A stretch of 48,222 nt of DNA, filler included, from Catajapyx aquilonaris (GCA_000934665.2; 2 parts of 2 records of this genome joined end to end with filler, not necessarily neighbours in it), one strand, 5' to 3'; counted from the whole stretch's first letter, positions 34,156 through 46,566 are shown. Program-made: numbers and translations. The notes: a model not told the origin generated them from the letters alone.

Positions 34156-35055
34156 ACCATTGCCCCCGGACTGTCCACGTAGTGCCATATCCCTCACATG
34201 GATGGCGAATATTTCCTCTGTGCATGCTACTGCCAATCTCAAGGGTCGTGCGAGGGGTAATGATGCATCTAACTATGGCTGGGTGTATCGATTGTTAAAG
34301 AATCAACTCCTTTGTCTATTATGATTATTGTTTGGACCATTGTTGTCCCCTGGAGCAGTGTTGATAGCTCCATGACTCGATTCCGTTTGCTTTTTGAAGC
34401 GAAAATTTTGTCGCTTGCCTCTCTCCCTCCATTCTATATTGATCCTGCTTAGTTAATGCGAAAATCCGGACACTTCCTCTGCCCGGTTTCAGCTGATGAA
34501 CCAGGGGTCCCCTGCTCTGGCTGGTTTTTTGTAGCCCAAAGTGTGTGGAGAGGTACTATACTCGGTACAAGCATGTCCAATAAAAGCCAACTCGTGTGCA
34601 CCGGATTCTCCAACCTGATTCGATCCTAAATCCATTGTTGGCAGCATAGAATAACACGACTCTTTTTGATTCAGGAAACACCTCTCATACTTCCCTTGCC
34701 TCTATCACTAGTGTGTATGTGTATAGGCTAATTATTGTTGAATTTATACAAAAATGGCAAAGCCACAATAACGTTCGTTGACCTGAGGCACACATGACGG
34801 ACAGAATTGTTCGCGGATACATAAACATAACCCACAATAATGGGCCAGAGTGGGCAAATGCGAGGTACCGTGCCTGGCATGGCCACAAGACGGGGCAGAC
34901 TGGTGCGGTCACCCACAAGTCATGCAGATAACACCAGAACAAAAGGCTATATAACTAATAAAATAGCTATGTGTATATGATAAAATTGTTATATATCTAA
35001 TAAAATGGCTATATAACTAATGAAATAGCCAGGTAACTAACAAATACTAGCTATA

Positions 35056-35262
35056 CAGGGTGGTCCAAGTTCAAGTGTCGTTTTATAACGGCGATTAATA
35101 GCAGTGATTTTGCGATGACGTAGCAGCGACGCGTAAAATGTCCCACTTCGGCGCATCTTCGGCGCAATCGAAGTGGGCAATTTTACACGTCGCTGCTACG
35201 TCATCGTTAAGCGCTTCTATTAATCGCCGTTATAAAACGACACTTGAACTTGGACCACCCTG
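35056..35262. mobile_element. Tc1/mariner-type palindromic MITE
   Basis: TA|CAGGGTGGTCCAAGTTCAAGTGTCGTTTTATAACGGCG...CGCCGTTATAAAACGACACTTGAACTTGGACCACCCTG|TA. Confidence 0.92.
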
Positions 35263-36532
35263 TATAAACCGATACAAATAGCTGTATAACCAATAAATAA
35301 CTAACACAATTAGCTATGCATGACTTATACGAATAGCTTTATAACCAAGAGCTAACCAAAGAGCCAAAAGAGCTACATAAATTCTATAACATCTCAGTCC
35401 CAGAGAGCGCACGAATGCGCCATATATGCGAGTGGTGTGGTACTACACTCCAACAGTTGGGGGGCCCGTGCAGTGGACAAGTTGCGACAGAATTATATTC
35501 TATCCCAGATGGCACCAGCGTCCAGCCTAGATCTGGATCAGTCTGAATCCGATTTTAAACGACAACATAATCCTGGGCTTAAAACCCGTTGAGCCTTTTT
35601 TATAACCGCTTTTTTTTTTTTTTTTTGAAAATCCGAGGGAGTTTCAACTAACATCAGCAAAATAAGAGCCGAGCGCCAACTTGTCTCTGGATGTAACAGT
35701 GGTCATTAGGTGCGAGCCAAGTCGCGTTTTACTCTGGTACTAAAATAGCGGTTAACTACCGAGTGGTGATGAACACGATTATTTTTGCGCCATAACTCGG
35801 CATCTATCTAGAAATGTCCCTTCTTGGACGCGTAAACTCTCTTTTTTTATTTGCTAAAACCAAGCATAGCATTGTGTCTATCTTACGGGTCATAAAACGT
35901 GATTACTGGTCTATTACAGTAGCTTTCATTCTCTTTATCAGCGCATGATCCTTGGCGCTGATTTTTGAAGCCAAAATTACAATTTTACGAGCTGAATGAT
36001 ACCGACTTGACACTAGGTGGCGGTAAAAAAAATTGGAATTCATAGTGAGTGATAGACTTGATGAAAATTTTTGCAAAGATCTATAGAGTGTATGTCAAGG
36101 GGCTTAATAGGCGGATCAATGAATTTTGACAAAAGTTCAGGATGGGGCCAATAGCCTTTCAATCATCATATTAGAGTCAATTAGATGGACATGTTTTTAA
36201 TAGGTTTTTTTGCAATAATATTGGTTCTTGAATTAGATATGCGAAAAATCAGTTTTTATTGCACGTTCTTGATATTGGATAAGTGCTGCTTATATGACTA
36301 TTTACGCTGCATGTATTGTTCAAAATTTTAATATTCCCAAATGGCTATATACATATTCATTATTAAATATTTGCTATGTCAGTAAATGGCTCTTAATCAC
36401 AACACTAATAGCGTAATAGGTATGCGACGTCAAATTTCCAATATACAGTATAATGATATAAAGCCCCTCTTCGGAGGAGGATATAGCGAGTCTCTAATAT
36501 AACATAACGTCATAACATATATAGCTAATATA

Positions 36533-36781
36533 CAGGGTGTTCCAAGTTCGGGTATCGTTTTTTACTTAAGTTATGATGGGAAATTTTATTCAAAGGTTTA
36601 AGCTATATTTTGCAGCTTGTTACCCTCCTAACCAAGTACCCTATTTTATAGCAACTGCTATATTCGACCCCCGGAAAGTAATTGGGTAACTGAATCAGGG
36701 CGCAACAAGCTACACAAAAATAACTAAGTTACTTCTGGCGATATTAGTGACAACTACAAACGATCCACTTGGAACATCCTG
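36533..36781. mobile_element. Tc1/mariner-type MITE with TIRs related to 35056-35262
   Basis: TA|CAGGGTGTTCCAAGT...ACTTGGAACATCCTG|TA. Confidence 0.85.
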
Positions 36782-36889
36782 TATAATAATGAAATATAAC
36801 TTATATTTAATAACTAAAACTGATATACAATAACTATATACAATACCATAACTAATAGTTATAATAACTGTATAACTAATATAACTATT

Positions 36890-37030
36890 ACATAACTATT
36901 ATTCTTACATTAATTGGTATTAATACATAACTATTATTCTTACATTAATTGGTATTCATACATAACTATTATTCTTACGTTAATTGGTATTAATACATAA
37001 CTATTATTCTTACATTAATTGGTATTAATA
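36890..37030. repeat. 35-bp tandem repeat, 4 copies
   Basis: CATAACTATTATTCTTACATTAATTGGTATTAATA at 36891, 36926, 36961 and 36996. Confidence 0.95.
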
Positions 37031-37184
37031 GATTTATTACTAATATAATAACTAACATAACTGCTAACTTGTATAATAGCTAACCTCCAATAGCTACCAG
37101 CATATATCTAATATTATAGCAGTACGTATAACTAATATACTCACGGACTAATATAATATCTAATATTTTAAAAGGTAACTCTTA

Positions 37185-37352
37185 CTTTTATTATTATGAT
37201 TGATATTGATAACTAACTTTTATTATTATAATTGATATTGATAACTAACTTTTATTATTATAATTGATATTGATAACTAACTTTTTTATTATAATTGATA
37301 TTGATAACTAACTTTTTTTATTATAATTGATATTGATAACTAACTTTTATTA
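37185..37352. repeat. ~32-bp tandem repeat, ~5 copies
   Basis: TTTTATTATTATAATTGATATTGATAACTAAC repeated. Confidence 0.95.
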
Positions 37353-37800
37353 CTAAAAACATAATAACCATATGATATAACTAATACAATATAATAATAT
37401 GACACCAAAATTCCTCCAGTGATTATTGTGAGAAATATCAGTGTTTCCAATCGCAAACTTAGGGTAACTGAAGACGAGGAATTTTTTGGCACAAAAATAT
37501 CGCAAGAAAAAGCCAATCTCCGCCATTTTTTTCGGAGCTAAGCTTTTTTCTTCTGAGCAGATTCAATTTCGTTCACAATTATTTCCACAAATGAACCGAA
37601 AAAAAGTGGGTCTTCCCTGCAGGCGATGGGAAAAAGAATCTATGGGAATCATGTAGCTACTCCATTTCATATCAAATCGAGAAAAAAAAAAAAAAACGAA
37701 TCCAAAATCCAATCAATGGAGCGTAGATCAGTTTACTCGAACAGTCCAACACGATCTATTTTCACAATCCTAGCTCCTGTACTGGTTACTTTTTTTCTGC

Positions 37801-37831
<31 letters not shown>

Positions 37832-38157
37832 GATACTTGACTATAGTTTATTAAAAATTTTTGTGAAGCTATGAGGAGGATTTAGGCAGCTTTAGGTAAA
37901 CAGAGTTTACTGTAAGCGTATTATGAAACCAGGATCTATGCACTAGAGGGTTTTCTGAAAATGTAAGCAGACCACGTTTATGAATGTACTGTACTGTACA
38001 GTTCGTGCCGCATCGCAGATCTCATTATTACCTGAGAGACAATAATCTCCCCTTGAAGGCCCTTGTTAATAATGCAACTTGGTCTATTGCAGAACTTGCA
38101 CTGTAGGAGTGTACCGGGTGAAACATTTACTTAAAGGCGAAGAATGGCTAAATTCAA

Positions 38158-39100
38158 GCTCAATCCGTTCAAGTTTGGGTAATTCCGCTCAATTTGGGGC
38201 ACGTCCGCTCAGGTTGGGGTAAGTCCACCCAAGTTGGGGTAAGTCCGCTCAGGTTGGGGTAAGTTCGCCCAAGTTGGGGTAAGTCCACCCAAGTTGGGGT
38301 AAGTCCGCTCAGGTTGGGATAAGTCCGCCCAAGTTGGGGTAAGTCCGCTCAGGTTGGTGGAAGTTCGCTCAGGTTGGGGGAAGGATTACCAACTCAGGTA
38401 ATTTGGTGTACACTTCGTTTAGGTAATCATGTAGCAATCATAGGTAATCAGATGTACACTTCGTTTAGGTAATTATGTAGCAATAATAGGTAATCATGAT
38501 AATCATCATTAGGAAACCTGGGTAATCGTAAGGTAGTACTCATAAGGTAATAAGGGTAATCATAGCGAAGTCTGGGTGATCATAAAGTAGTCTAGTGTAA
38601 TCACAAGGTAATCTAAGGTACTCATAAGGTAATCGATGGTAATCCTGGTGTACACTTTTAAGGAAAGTGGGTAACCCCTTGAGTTGGGGCAGGTCCGCAC
38701 AGGTTGGTGGAGGGATACCCCACTGGTAATCAGGTACACACTTTGTTTGGTAATCCTGGTAATCATAATTATAGCAATCATAGGTAATCATCATAAGGAA
38801 ATCTGGGTAATCATAAGGTAATCTAGTGTAATCACAAGATAATCTCAGGCCTACTCAAAAGGTAATCAAGGGTAATCACAGGGTAATTATGGTGTACATA
38901 TTTTATGAGAGCGGGTAACGCCTTGGGTTGGGGCAAGTCAGCTCATGTTGGGGCAAGTGCGCTCATGTTGGGCAAGTCCGCTCATGGTGGGGCAAGTCCG
39001 CTCATGTTGGGGCAAGTCCGCTCAAAGACTGTCCTAGTCCGTTCATCCCAATTTTTCCCTTAATTAACACACCCACCCCTCCTGCTCCCACCAGATAACT
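38158..39100 (+). repeat. Composite array: 20-bp G-rich units interleaved with GGTAATCA-based blocks
   Basis: 20-bp units at 38158-38385, 38680-38712 and 38925-39025; GGTAATC blocks at 38390-38650 and 38725-38895. Confidence 0.88.
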
Positions 39101-39603
39101 CCCACCCACTTTATTACTTCCTCTCCTTAATTCACCTCACCATTGTTGGCCCCCCATAATCGCATCAATTGTTGACCGAGAAGGGGTCATATTGTGCCAT
39201 CCGACTTTGGAATCCCCTCCCCTTTCCTTTCCCTCTTTCTTTTCTCTTTTCCCCCTCCTTCCTTTGTTGTCCTTCCCCCTCCCTGAGGCGACACAATGCC
39301 GTCAAGTTGGCCGTCTAAACGATCCCTGGCTCATCCTATTGGAGCGTTTCTTTTTTTTCCCCTCCTTCTCCTCCACCCCCTACTTTCCCCACAAAAAGGG
39401 GGGAACCGCAACAGCCCGCCGATACAGCTGTCGCGCCTGATAGATTTATCGCGCTCGGCCACGCTTCTTTTTCTCTCTATTTTTTTTTTCTTTTTGCGAG
39501 CACCGCCAGATAAAATGTCCTCTTCAATCGCTGATATACATTCAGCGCGGGGGTTTCAGATAGGGAATATCCTGTATCAAAGAAGGAATGGCCAAGAAAA
39601 GAA

Positions 39604-39902
39604 AAGTGGATTCAAAATGGCGGCCTTTCAAAACAAAATATCAAAGGAATCAAATTTGTACTGTAGAGCGAAACAGTCACATAATGGGGGAGATATGCCA
39701 TGTTTGGGCCAAGTCCGCTCAAGTTGGGGCAAGTCCGCTCAAGTTGGGGCAAGTCCGCTCAAGTTGGGGCAAGTCCGATCAAGTTGGGGCAAGTCCGTTC
39801 AAGTTAGGGAATAGGCTATTGGGGCAAGATACGGAATGTTGGGGGAAAATCCGCTTTTGATTTTGATTCTGGCCAGAACGGGCGCCATTTTGAATCCACT
39901 TT
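39604..39902. repeat. 20-bp minisatellite array flanked by inverted repeats
   Basis: AAAGTGGATTCAAAATGGCG / CGCCATTTTGAATCCACTTT surround near-perfect AAGTCCGCTCAAGTTGGGGC units (39711-39805). Confidence 0.8.
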
Positions 39903-40381
39903 TATCATACCAAGTGTTAGCTGTACATTTAATGCCATGGTGCAATGTGATTGGCGGCAGAATTTACTCCACCCTTGCTCCCTCCGGCGGGAAAAGATAT
40001 CAACATTCAACAGGACATTAATGTGAATGAGGCTGGACGTTAATGCGATTTAACCTTCACCTAACCATGGGAGGGGAAAAAAAGCTCGTAAATTAATGAA
40101 AGGCTTGCCGTTTGCTTTTTAAATATGCATACGCTACAACTTACGCGCTACATAATTAACTATGCTAAAACATGTCGCCCCGCCCACTTGCGGAAACGGG
40201 TAAAAATTTTCGCCACCGGTAACCGCATGTCCAGCGCATAATCTAACGATCGATCCCGACCTTCCACTCATGGTCACAACACCCGAATAAATCAGCACTA
40301 TTACTATCCATGCAGTTATAACATACAGGGTGTGCAATGCTCAAAGTTAGATCAGGTCAGGTTATACGTCATCCTTGGATT

Positions 40382-40550
40382 TCTGCCGTCAGATGTAAGA
40401 AGACCGTAACTCAAAAATTAGTAAGGGTGAAAGTCGCATGCACGCCCTGCACTAATCCCCCCTGACTAAGAGGGGATTAGTGCAGGGCATGCATGCGACT
40501 TTCACCCTTACTAGTTTTTGAGTTACTGTCTTCTTACATCCGACGACAGA
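40382..40550. mobile_element. Near-perfect palindrome (~80-bp arms), MITE-like
   Basis: ..GTAAGGGTGAAAGTCGCATGCACGCCCTGCACTAATCCCC / GGGGATTAGTGCAGGGCATGCATGCGACTTTCACCCTTAC.. Confidence 0.8.
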
Positions 40551-40619
40551 TTTGTAATTAGCATACAAATGGTTATTGTCGCGTTCCCGGATTAGCCATA
40601 TTACCTTTTACACCTGTTC

Positions 40620-41700
40620 ATAGCTGCTACTGAAAGCAGTTGCAGATACTGCGGATATAATTGCTGCCAGTACGGTAGTTATTTAGCCGCAAGTAACGGC
40701 TATTTAAAAAGAGTCCAAGTTAGCTCTTGTAAACAGTTATAATAATAAGAGATGATTCATAAACCACAATAACCGCTACATATTGACACAGTTATTTAAT
40801 AACAGCTTACTTAAGCATTACTGTAACGGCTATTAATACTAGAACCGATATGATAACATCCTTTGAAGAAGCTATCCAACGATTGTTCTTGCAAGCAGTT
40901 ACTCTAACGACTCCTAATAGCACAGCCAACATAATTGCTGCTACTAAATAGCAGTTATTTTCTAGCGGTTATTGAAAGCGTCAACACGATAACGGTTATT
41001 GAAGAAGCTATCCGCTGACAGTTCCTGCAAGCATCTATTCGCAGGACTACTGAAGAGCAGTTATTTAGTAACACTTCCTGCTTGCAGTGTAGAGCTCTTC
41101 TTTCAATAACTGTCATCGTGCTGGGTCTGCTACTAAAAGCTGTTACTTAAAGCAACGGATTGCCGAAACTGATAAGTATAAGTATATAACGTCTACTGAA
41201 GAGCAGTTATGCAGTATTGCATAACTGCTCTTCAGTAGACGTTATTGTGTTCTCTCCGCTATTAATAGCTGATACTTTTTTGTAGTACCCCGTGATAGGG
41301 CCACGACGCGACGCCTTTTAGGGGGGAAGGGGAGGTTCCCGTTGGAGAGCCATTTCTGACCCTCTTAAATATCAGACCTTTTCTCTTGGCCCTGGGCAGA
41401 AAAGGGAGTGCGAATAGCGGAAAAAGACCCTACCAAGCAGAGGAGACCGGGACGAGATTTGAACCCCGGATCTCCCGCTTGGCTGGTCAGTAGCATAGCC
41501 ACTAGACCGCCATAGCCCCCTTAATAGCTGTTACTTAATGTTCAGTAACTGCAAGGAACTGTCACAGAATAGCCGTTATTTTGTTGACGCGATACTAACA
41601 GCTATTACTTATAATCAATGCATACAGAAATTGTTACTGAATAACTGTTATGCAGTAGACGTTATTATGTTGTCGCCGCTATTAATAGCTGATAGCAGAT
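40620..41700. repeat. Degenerate AACAGC/GCAGTTA satellite with internal orientation switches
   Basis: Recurring ATAACGGTTATTGAAGAAGCT-like units and their reverse complements. Confidence 0.6.
41278..41520 (-). mobile_element. tRNA-derived SINE
   Basis: Minus-strand head GGGGGCTATGGCGGTCTAGTGG..GGTTCAAATC. 16-bp TSD TTAATAGCTG(A/T)TACTT at 41262-41277 and 41521-41536. Confidence 0.85.
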
Positions 41701-42374
41701 CCGGCTGGAGTAATCGGTTATAATTGCTTCCAGTGATCCGGATCAGATATGGACGCCTCGAAAGAGCTGTTTTGGATGGGGCCAAAAAAAGCTCAGTGTC
41801 CGAGACTGGAGATGAATGGCTTATTCGTAAGCAGAAAATTGAAGGTGCGGAGGAAGTTACAAGGCGCCCTTCTTCTCCTCTGGTCCATTCATTCCCAGCC
41901 AGCATCCCAGAGAGAGGAGGCCAGCTAGATAAATAATAGGGTCCTGTCAGATGGAGGGGTCTAGGCATCCATCTTGTTTGTGTTTCTCTCCTCTCCATGC
42001 CAGAGGGCCCTGCTCTCTCTCCTTCCAAAAACTACCGGGTGCTTCTGCTTGTAAGAAAAGTGTGGTTTTGGAAAAAGAGGCTTGGCCATTTCTCTTGTGA
42101 GGTTTTTTTTTGTTGTTGTTGAGGCGGTTTTACAATGGAAGTTTGCATGACCGGAGATGCTTCAGGAGTGGGTGGGATCATTTATTGTTGGAGGAGGGGG
42201 ACCAGTGTTGCACAATGGTAAAGGTGGGAAGAATTGATTGGTTCAATGCTCGGGTAAATACAGGGTGAGGGAACGACTTTTAGGAACTACTACACCTTGA
42301 CAAAAATATTATCAAAATACCCCTTATACATAGGGAATCATCACGCTATTTAGCAGTTGTCATATTAGCTGCGT

Positions 42375-42640
42375 TGGACATTAATCACGTCATACTGCTA
42401 GCGACATATTCCGTGCGGCAGACGTGCAAATCGAAGTGATAGAGTGCAGGCCGTGCGAGAAAGAAATGGTAGGCCTTGGATGACGTCACTGGCTGGGGGA
42501 CAAGCCTTTTGCTCTATTGCCCCCCAGCCTGTGACGTCAACCAAGGCCTACCTCTTCTGATTCGCACGGCTCGCACTCTGTCACTTCCATTTGTACGTCT
42601 GCCGGAAAATGTCGCTAGGAGTACGAAGCGTTAATGTCCA
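42375..42640. mobile_element. Palindromic MITE
   Basis: Ends TGGACATTAA...TTAATGTCCA; inner arms GGTAGGCCTTGGATGACGTCAC / GTGACGTCAACCAAGGCCTACC. Confidence 0.8.
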
Positions 42641-42667
42641 GCACTGTACTGCTACCTGCATGTAGTA

Positions 42668-42817
42668 CAGTTAAATCCGGATATAACATACTTCAAATGA
42701 CTGTGGAAATCAGTCGGTTATAACCAAGGTCTGTTATAGCCAAATAATGGAAGTATTCCGAGTCTGTTGTAACCGCAAGTCTGTTATAACCGAGGATGTT
42801 ATATCCGGATTCAACTG
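42668..42817. mobile_element. pogo/Tigger-type MITE
   Basis: TA|CAGTTAAATCCGGATATAACA...TGTTATATCCGGATTCAACTG, with internal GTTATAACC repeats. The right TSD is imperfect (CA). Confidence 0.75.
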
Positions 42818-43904
42818 CAGAATTTATTTAACTCAGATATCAAGCTATAAATATTATAAATGGCAAATGTAAATAAAACAGCGTTTAGCTCAATAACTAG
42901 GTTAAAATAACCACATCATACTAGCAGCAGCTGTTATTTCGCAGCTAATATTATGGTAGCTGCTAAAATAGCATTGAGCACTAGCGCTACTTTAAAACAA
43001 CAGTCGCGTGCAATAAAATGTATCCGTTTTTCTCAGCTAAAAGTATTATAGCTTTTAAAATTAAAACATCTTAGAAGCTCTTTTAAAGTAGCGCTGGAGC
43101 TAAATGCTACTTTAGCAGTAACCATAATATTAGCTGTGTAATAACAGCAACTGCTACTGGCATATTGTAGTTATTTTAACGTAGTAATTGAGCTGTTTTA
43201 AAAGCTGTGACAATATCAGCTACGAAATAACCGCTATAGCTTCTTGTCCCTAACAGTTCATATTAAAGTAGCGCTATAGCTCAATGCTATTTTAGTAGTT
43301 ACCATAATGTTAGCAACGTAATAACAGTTACTGCTTATTGGATTTAGTCGTTATTTTAGATATGGAGGTCAGCGCTATTTTGGCAGCTATCATCATATTA
43401 GTGGTGAAAATTTTTTAAAGGCGTTTATAAACGGCAAAATAATAATAATGAGATAAGTCACCTCGTTTTGATCTTGTCAAAAATCCCATAAGTAACTATT
43501 CGAGTATGCATTGTTGGGTTGGATACGAGAGGTGAATAATGTACGTAGGGAGGGCTAATTAGAGCAGTAATCACAGCTCCATGAAGTGGTTTGGATTTCC
43601 AATAACCATAGGGAGGCCACTCTCTAACATCCGATAACTAGCAAAACAGTGGCTGAACTATAACAATATCTGTATGAGTATGGCCTGCGGTCATAATGAA
43701 AATGCTGCGGAGCGAGGTTTTGTTGGGACCAGTAGTTGTAATCGGGGTCAGTCAACATGTCACAACAATGTTTGGGAAACATATACTTAGAACCTAGTGA
43801 GTTTGCTGACCTCTTAGACACGATTTGTTTATTTTTGTTATGATCTTATCGATTATGAGTTGAATAAATCATCTCATCGTGCCATTTGACGAAGTGTTTC
43901 CAGT

Positions 43905-44064
43905 CAACAATAAAGATTAAGCAAAAGACGATTTTAATTAATTTTAACAAATTATTCGATAGTATCGATAAGTGATTTTTTTTCTTCTTCAATATACCCA
44001 GATGTATCAACAGCAGAATAGATATCCAAAATTAGGGAATTTTGTAGCACAAATTTATCATCAC

Positions 44065-44145
<81 letters not shown>

Positions 44146-44351
44146 TAGTAGTAGTGATCAATTTGTGCTACAAAGTTAGCTAATTTTGGACATCGATTAT
44201 GCTATCGAAACGTCTTATTTATCGGATATATTGACAATCATTATCGATACTATCAAAATTAATGCGAATAATTTGTTAGAATTAATTTAAATGGACCTTT
44301 GCTTAATCTTTATCGTTGAATTATCACTTTAGAAAAATGGTATGATGAGAT

Positions 44352-44435
<84 letters not shown>

Positions 44436-44452
44436 TACTACTACTACGACTA
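43905..44452. repeat. Inverted repeat around (TAG)n, followed by (CTA)n(CGA)n
   Basis: Arms ~43905-44058 and ~44160-44320. (TAG)n at 44065-44154. (CTA)n(CGA)n(CTA)n at 44352-44452. Confidence 0.9.
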
Positions 44453-45168
44453 CACCATGGAAAGGATAATGGCACTTTAAAAGCGACGCGTATCGACAAT
44501 ATCACAATTTTTGCGCATCAGTATCGACTACTTTGACTACTGCAATCGATCAATTTTCAAGGTCACTTGTAACAAGCCCTGGCCCACTTCTTTCCTGGTC
44601 GTGTGAACTCTTTCAAGTCGGTCCCCTGCGAATAACTTGACACTATCGCAAACTCATTTTGCACTGTTTGGACTTAACTCTTCCTCTTTTTTAAAAAAAA
44701 TAGTGCAAATAGAGGGAATGGGAATTGTTAGGGGGAGGCGGGGAGAGGGAGGGGTGGTAGGTGGACTCATCTGTCTTCGTGAGAAGAACCGGGTCCTAAT
44801 GAGACCTCCATCTCTTTCCATTCAGACGGGAAGGAAACCTCCTTACCAAATGATTTCAATCAGAGACGAGGCTCCGCTCCCTTCAGGGGGGTGGCGGGGA
44901 AAGGGAGGGAAGGGAAAGGAGGGAGAGAAAACGGGCGATTAGATGATGCCAAATCCCGTTGGAAGAACTGCAAAAAAATCGCAGTGAAAACCTTGGGTTT
45001 CAACAATCTAGCCGGAGCTTGAAAGTTAACTGCAGTATAAGTCAGTTTTTTGAACCACTGTTAGCTCTTAACGGTCGGTTAACCAGGGTGTGGACTTCAT
45101 GGCTTGAAGAGAGGGAAGCGCTTGAAAGTTAGCCTTTCCTAAGAGCGATTAACATCCATAGCTCAACC

Positions 45169-45320
45169 ACTTTCAGAAAGGGACGTGACGTATGACTTTT
45201 CATAAAGCACCAATCAGAGGCACGATCCTCTCCCTGCCGCCAATGAGCTTCAAGTATCCCTCTGATCGTGTCTCTGATTGGTGCTTTATGAAAAGTCATC
45301 ATACGTCCGTTTCTGAAAGT
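45169..45320. mobile_element. Palindromic MITE-like element
   Basis: ATGACTTTTCATAAAGCACCAATCAGAG / CTCTGATTGGTGCTTTATGAAAAGTCAT; ends ACTTTCAGAAA / TTTCTGAAAGT. Confidence 0.75.
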
Positions 45321-46414
45321 TCTTGACGGAAGCTGTTATTTTAAAGTACCGATAGTAGGCAGATATCATGTCAAATGCAAAATAACGCCTATGGCTTCTT
45401 GCACGTAACTGTTTCTTTAAAAATAGCGCTGGAGGTAAACGCTATTTTAGCAGTTGCCATAATATTAGCAGCATAATAACGGCTACTACTTTCACGTAGT
45501 AGTTATTTTAACTAAGATATGTAGCCAAATGTTACTTAAACGGCTATAGTATTAGCTGAGAAATAACAGCTAGTGTTACTCGTATGAAGTAGTTATTTTA
45601 ACTCAGAAATGAATATAAATGTTATTTTTGCAGTTATAATATTTTCTGCGAAATAACGCCTGCAGCTTCTTTCACCGTAACTGCTATTTTAATATGGAGC
45701 TGGATCTCGATGCTATTTTAGCAGTTACCGTAATATTCGCTCTGTAATTACAGCTATTGCTACTTGCATGTAGTGGTTAGATTAAGCGTGGAAATTGAGC
45801 TAAACACTTTCTTGCAGCTATCATAATACTAGCTGCGAAATAACTGCCGCAGCTTTTTTGCACGTAACTATTCCTTTAAAAATAGCGCTGAGTTCAATGC
45901 TATTTTAGCCGTTACCATAATGTTGGAAACGTAATAACAGTTACTGTAGTAGTTATTTTGGAAATGGAGGTCAGCGCTATTTTAGCAGCTATCAAAATTA
46001 GTTACGAAATGACGGCTTCCTGGACGTAACGGTTCCTTTCAAAATAGGGCTGAGCTAAATGCTATTTTAGCAGTTACCATAATGTTAGTAGCGTAATAAC
46101 AGCTACTTACATGTAGTGGAACCTTATATTAACGCTATTTTAGAAGTTAAAATTATAGAAGCATTTTACAGCTACTGCTACTTGCATGTAGTGATTATAT
46201 TAGCATAGAAATTGAGCTAAATCCTTTTTTGCAGCTACAGTATCATAACATTAGCTGAGAAATAACTGCTGCACCTTTTTGCACTGAACGGCTCCTTTTA
46301 AAATAGCCCTGAGTTCAATGCTATTTTAGCCGTTACCATAATGTTGGAAGCGTAATAACAGTTACTGTAGTGCTTATTGTAGAAAAGTAGGTGAGCGACA
46401 TTTGCATGTAGTCT

Positions 46415-46566
46415 TATCAGTGGAGCTTAACGGCGGCCTATTTCTGCCGCTAGTTCTCAACACCGACGCCAGGGGGTGGTCCTCCTCCTGGAAATTTGGC
46501 CACTCTGGGGATCTTTGACGTGCACTCGCGCAATGTCACAAGCACACGGAACCGACGGCTAACGTT
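46415..46566 (-). mobile_element. Truncated SINE-like fragment with a conserved-core-type motif
   Basis: Minus-strand ACGTTAGCCGTCGGTTCCGTGTG..GTGCACGTCAAAGATCCCCAG resembles, from memory, central domains of widespread invertebrate SINEs. No head is visible. Confidence 0.4.

Noticed and set aside
33678..39860. Repetitive ORFs (LGVIPIN, GQVRSSWGKS)
   Set aside because: These are translations of the 20-bp minisatellite, whose main unit length is not a multiple of three.
41648..42260. Coding-like island (126-aa ORF)
   Set aside because: Non-ATG start, no recognisable domain and no supported splice structure.
43952..44536. Poly-Thr and poly-Leu/Arg ORFs
   Set aside because: These are translations of trinucleotide microsatellites.
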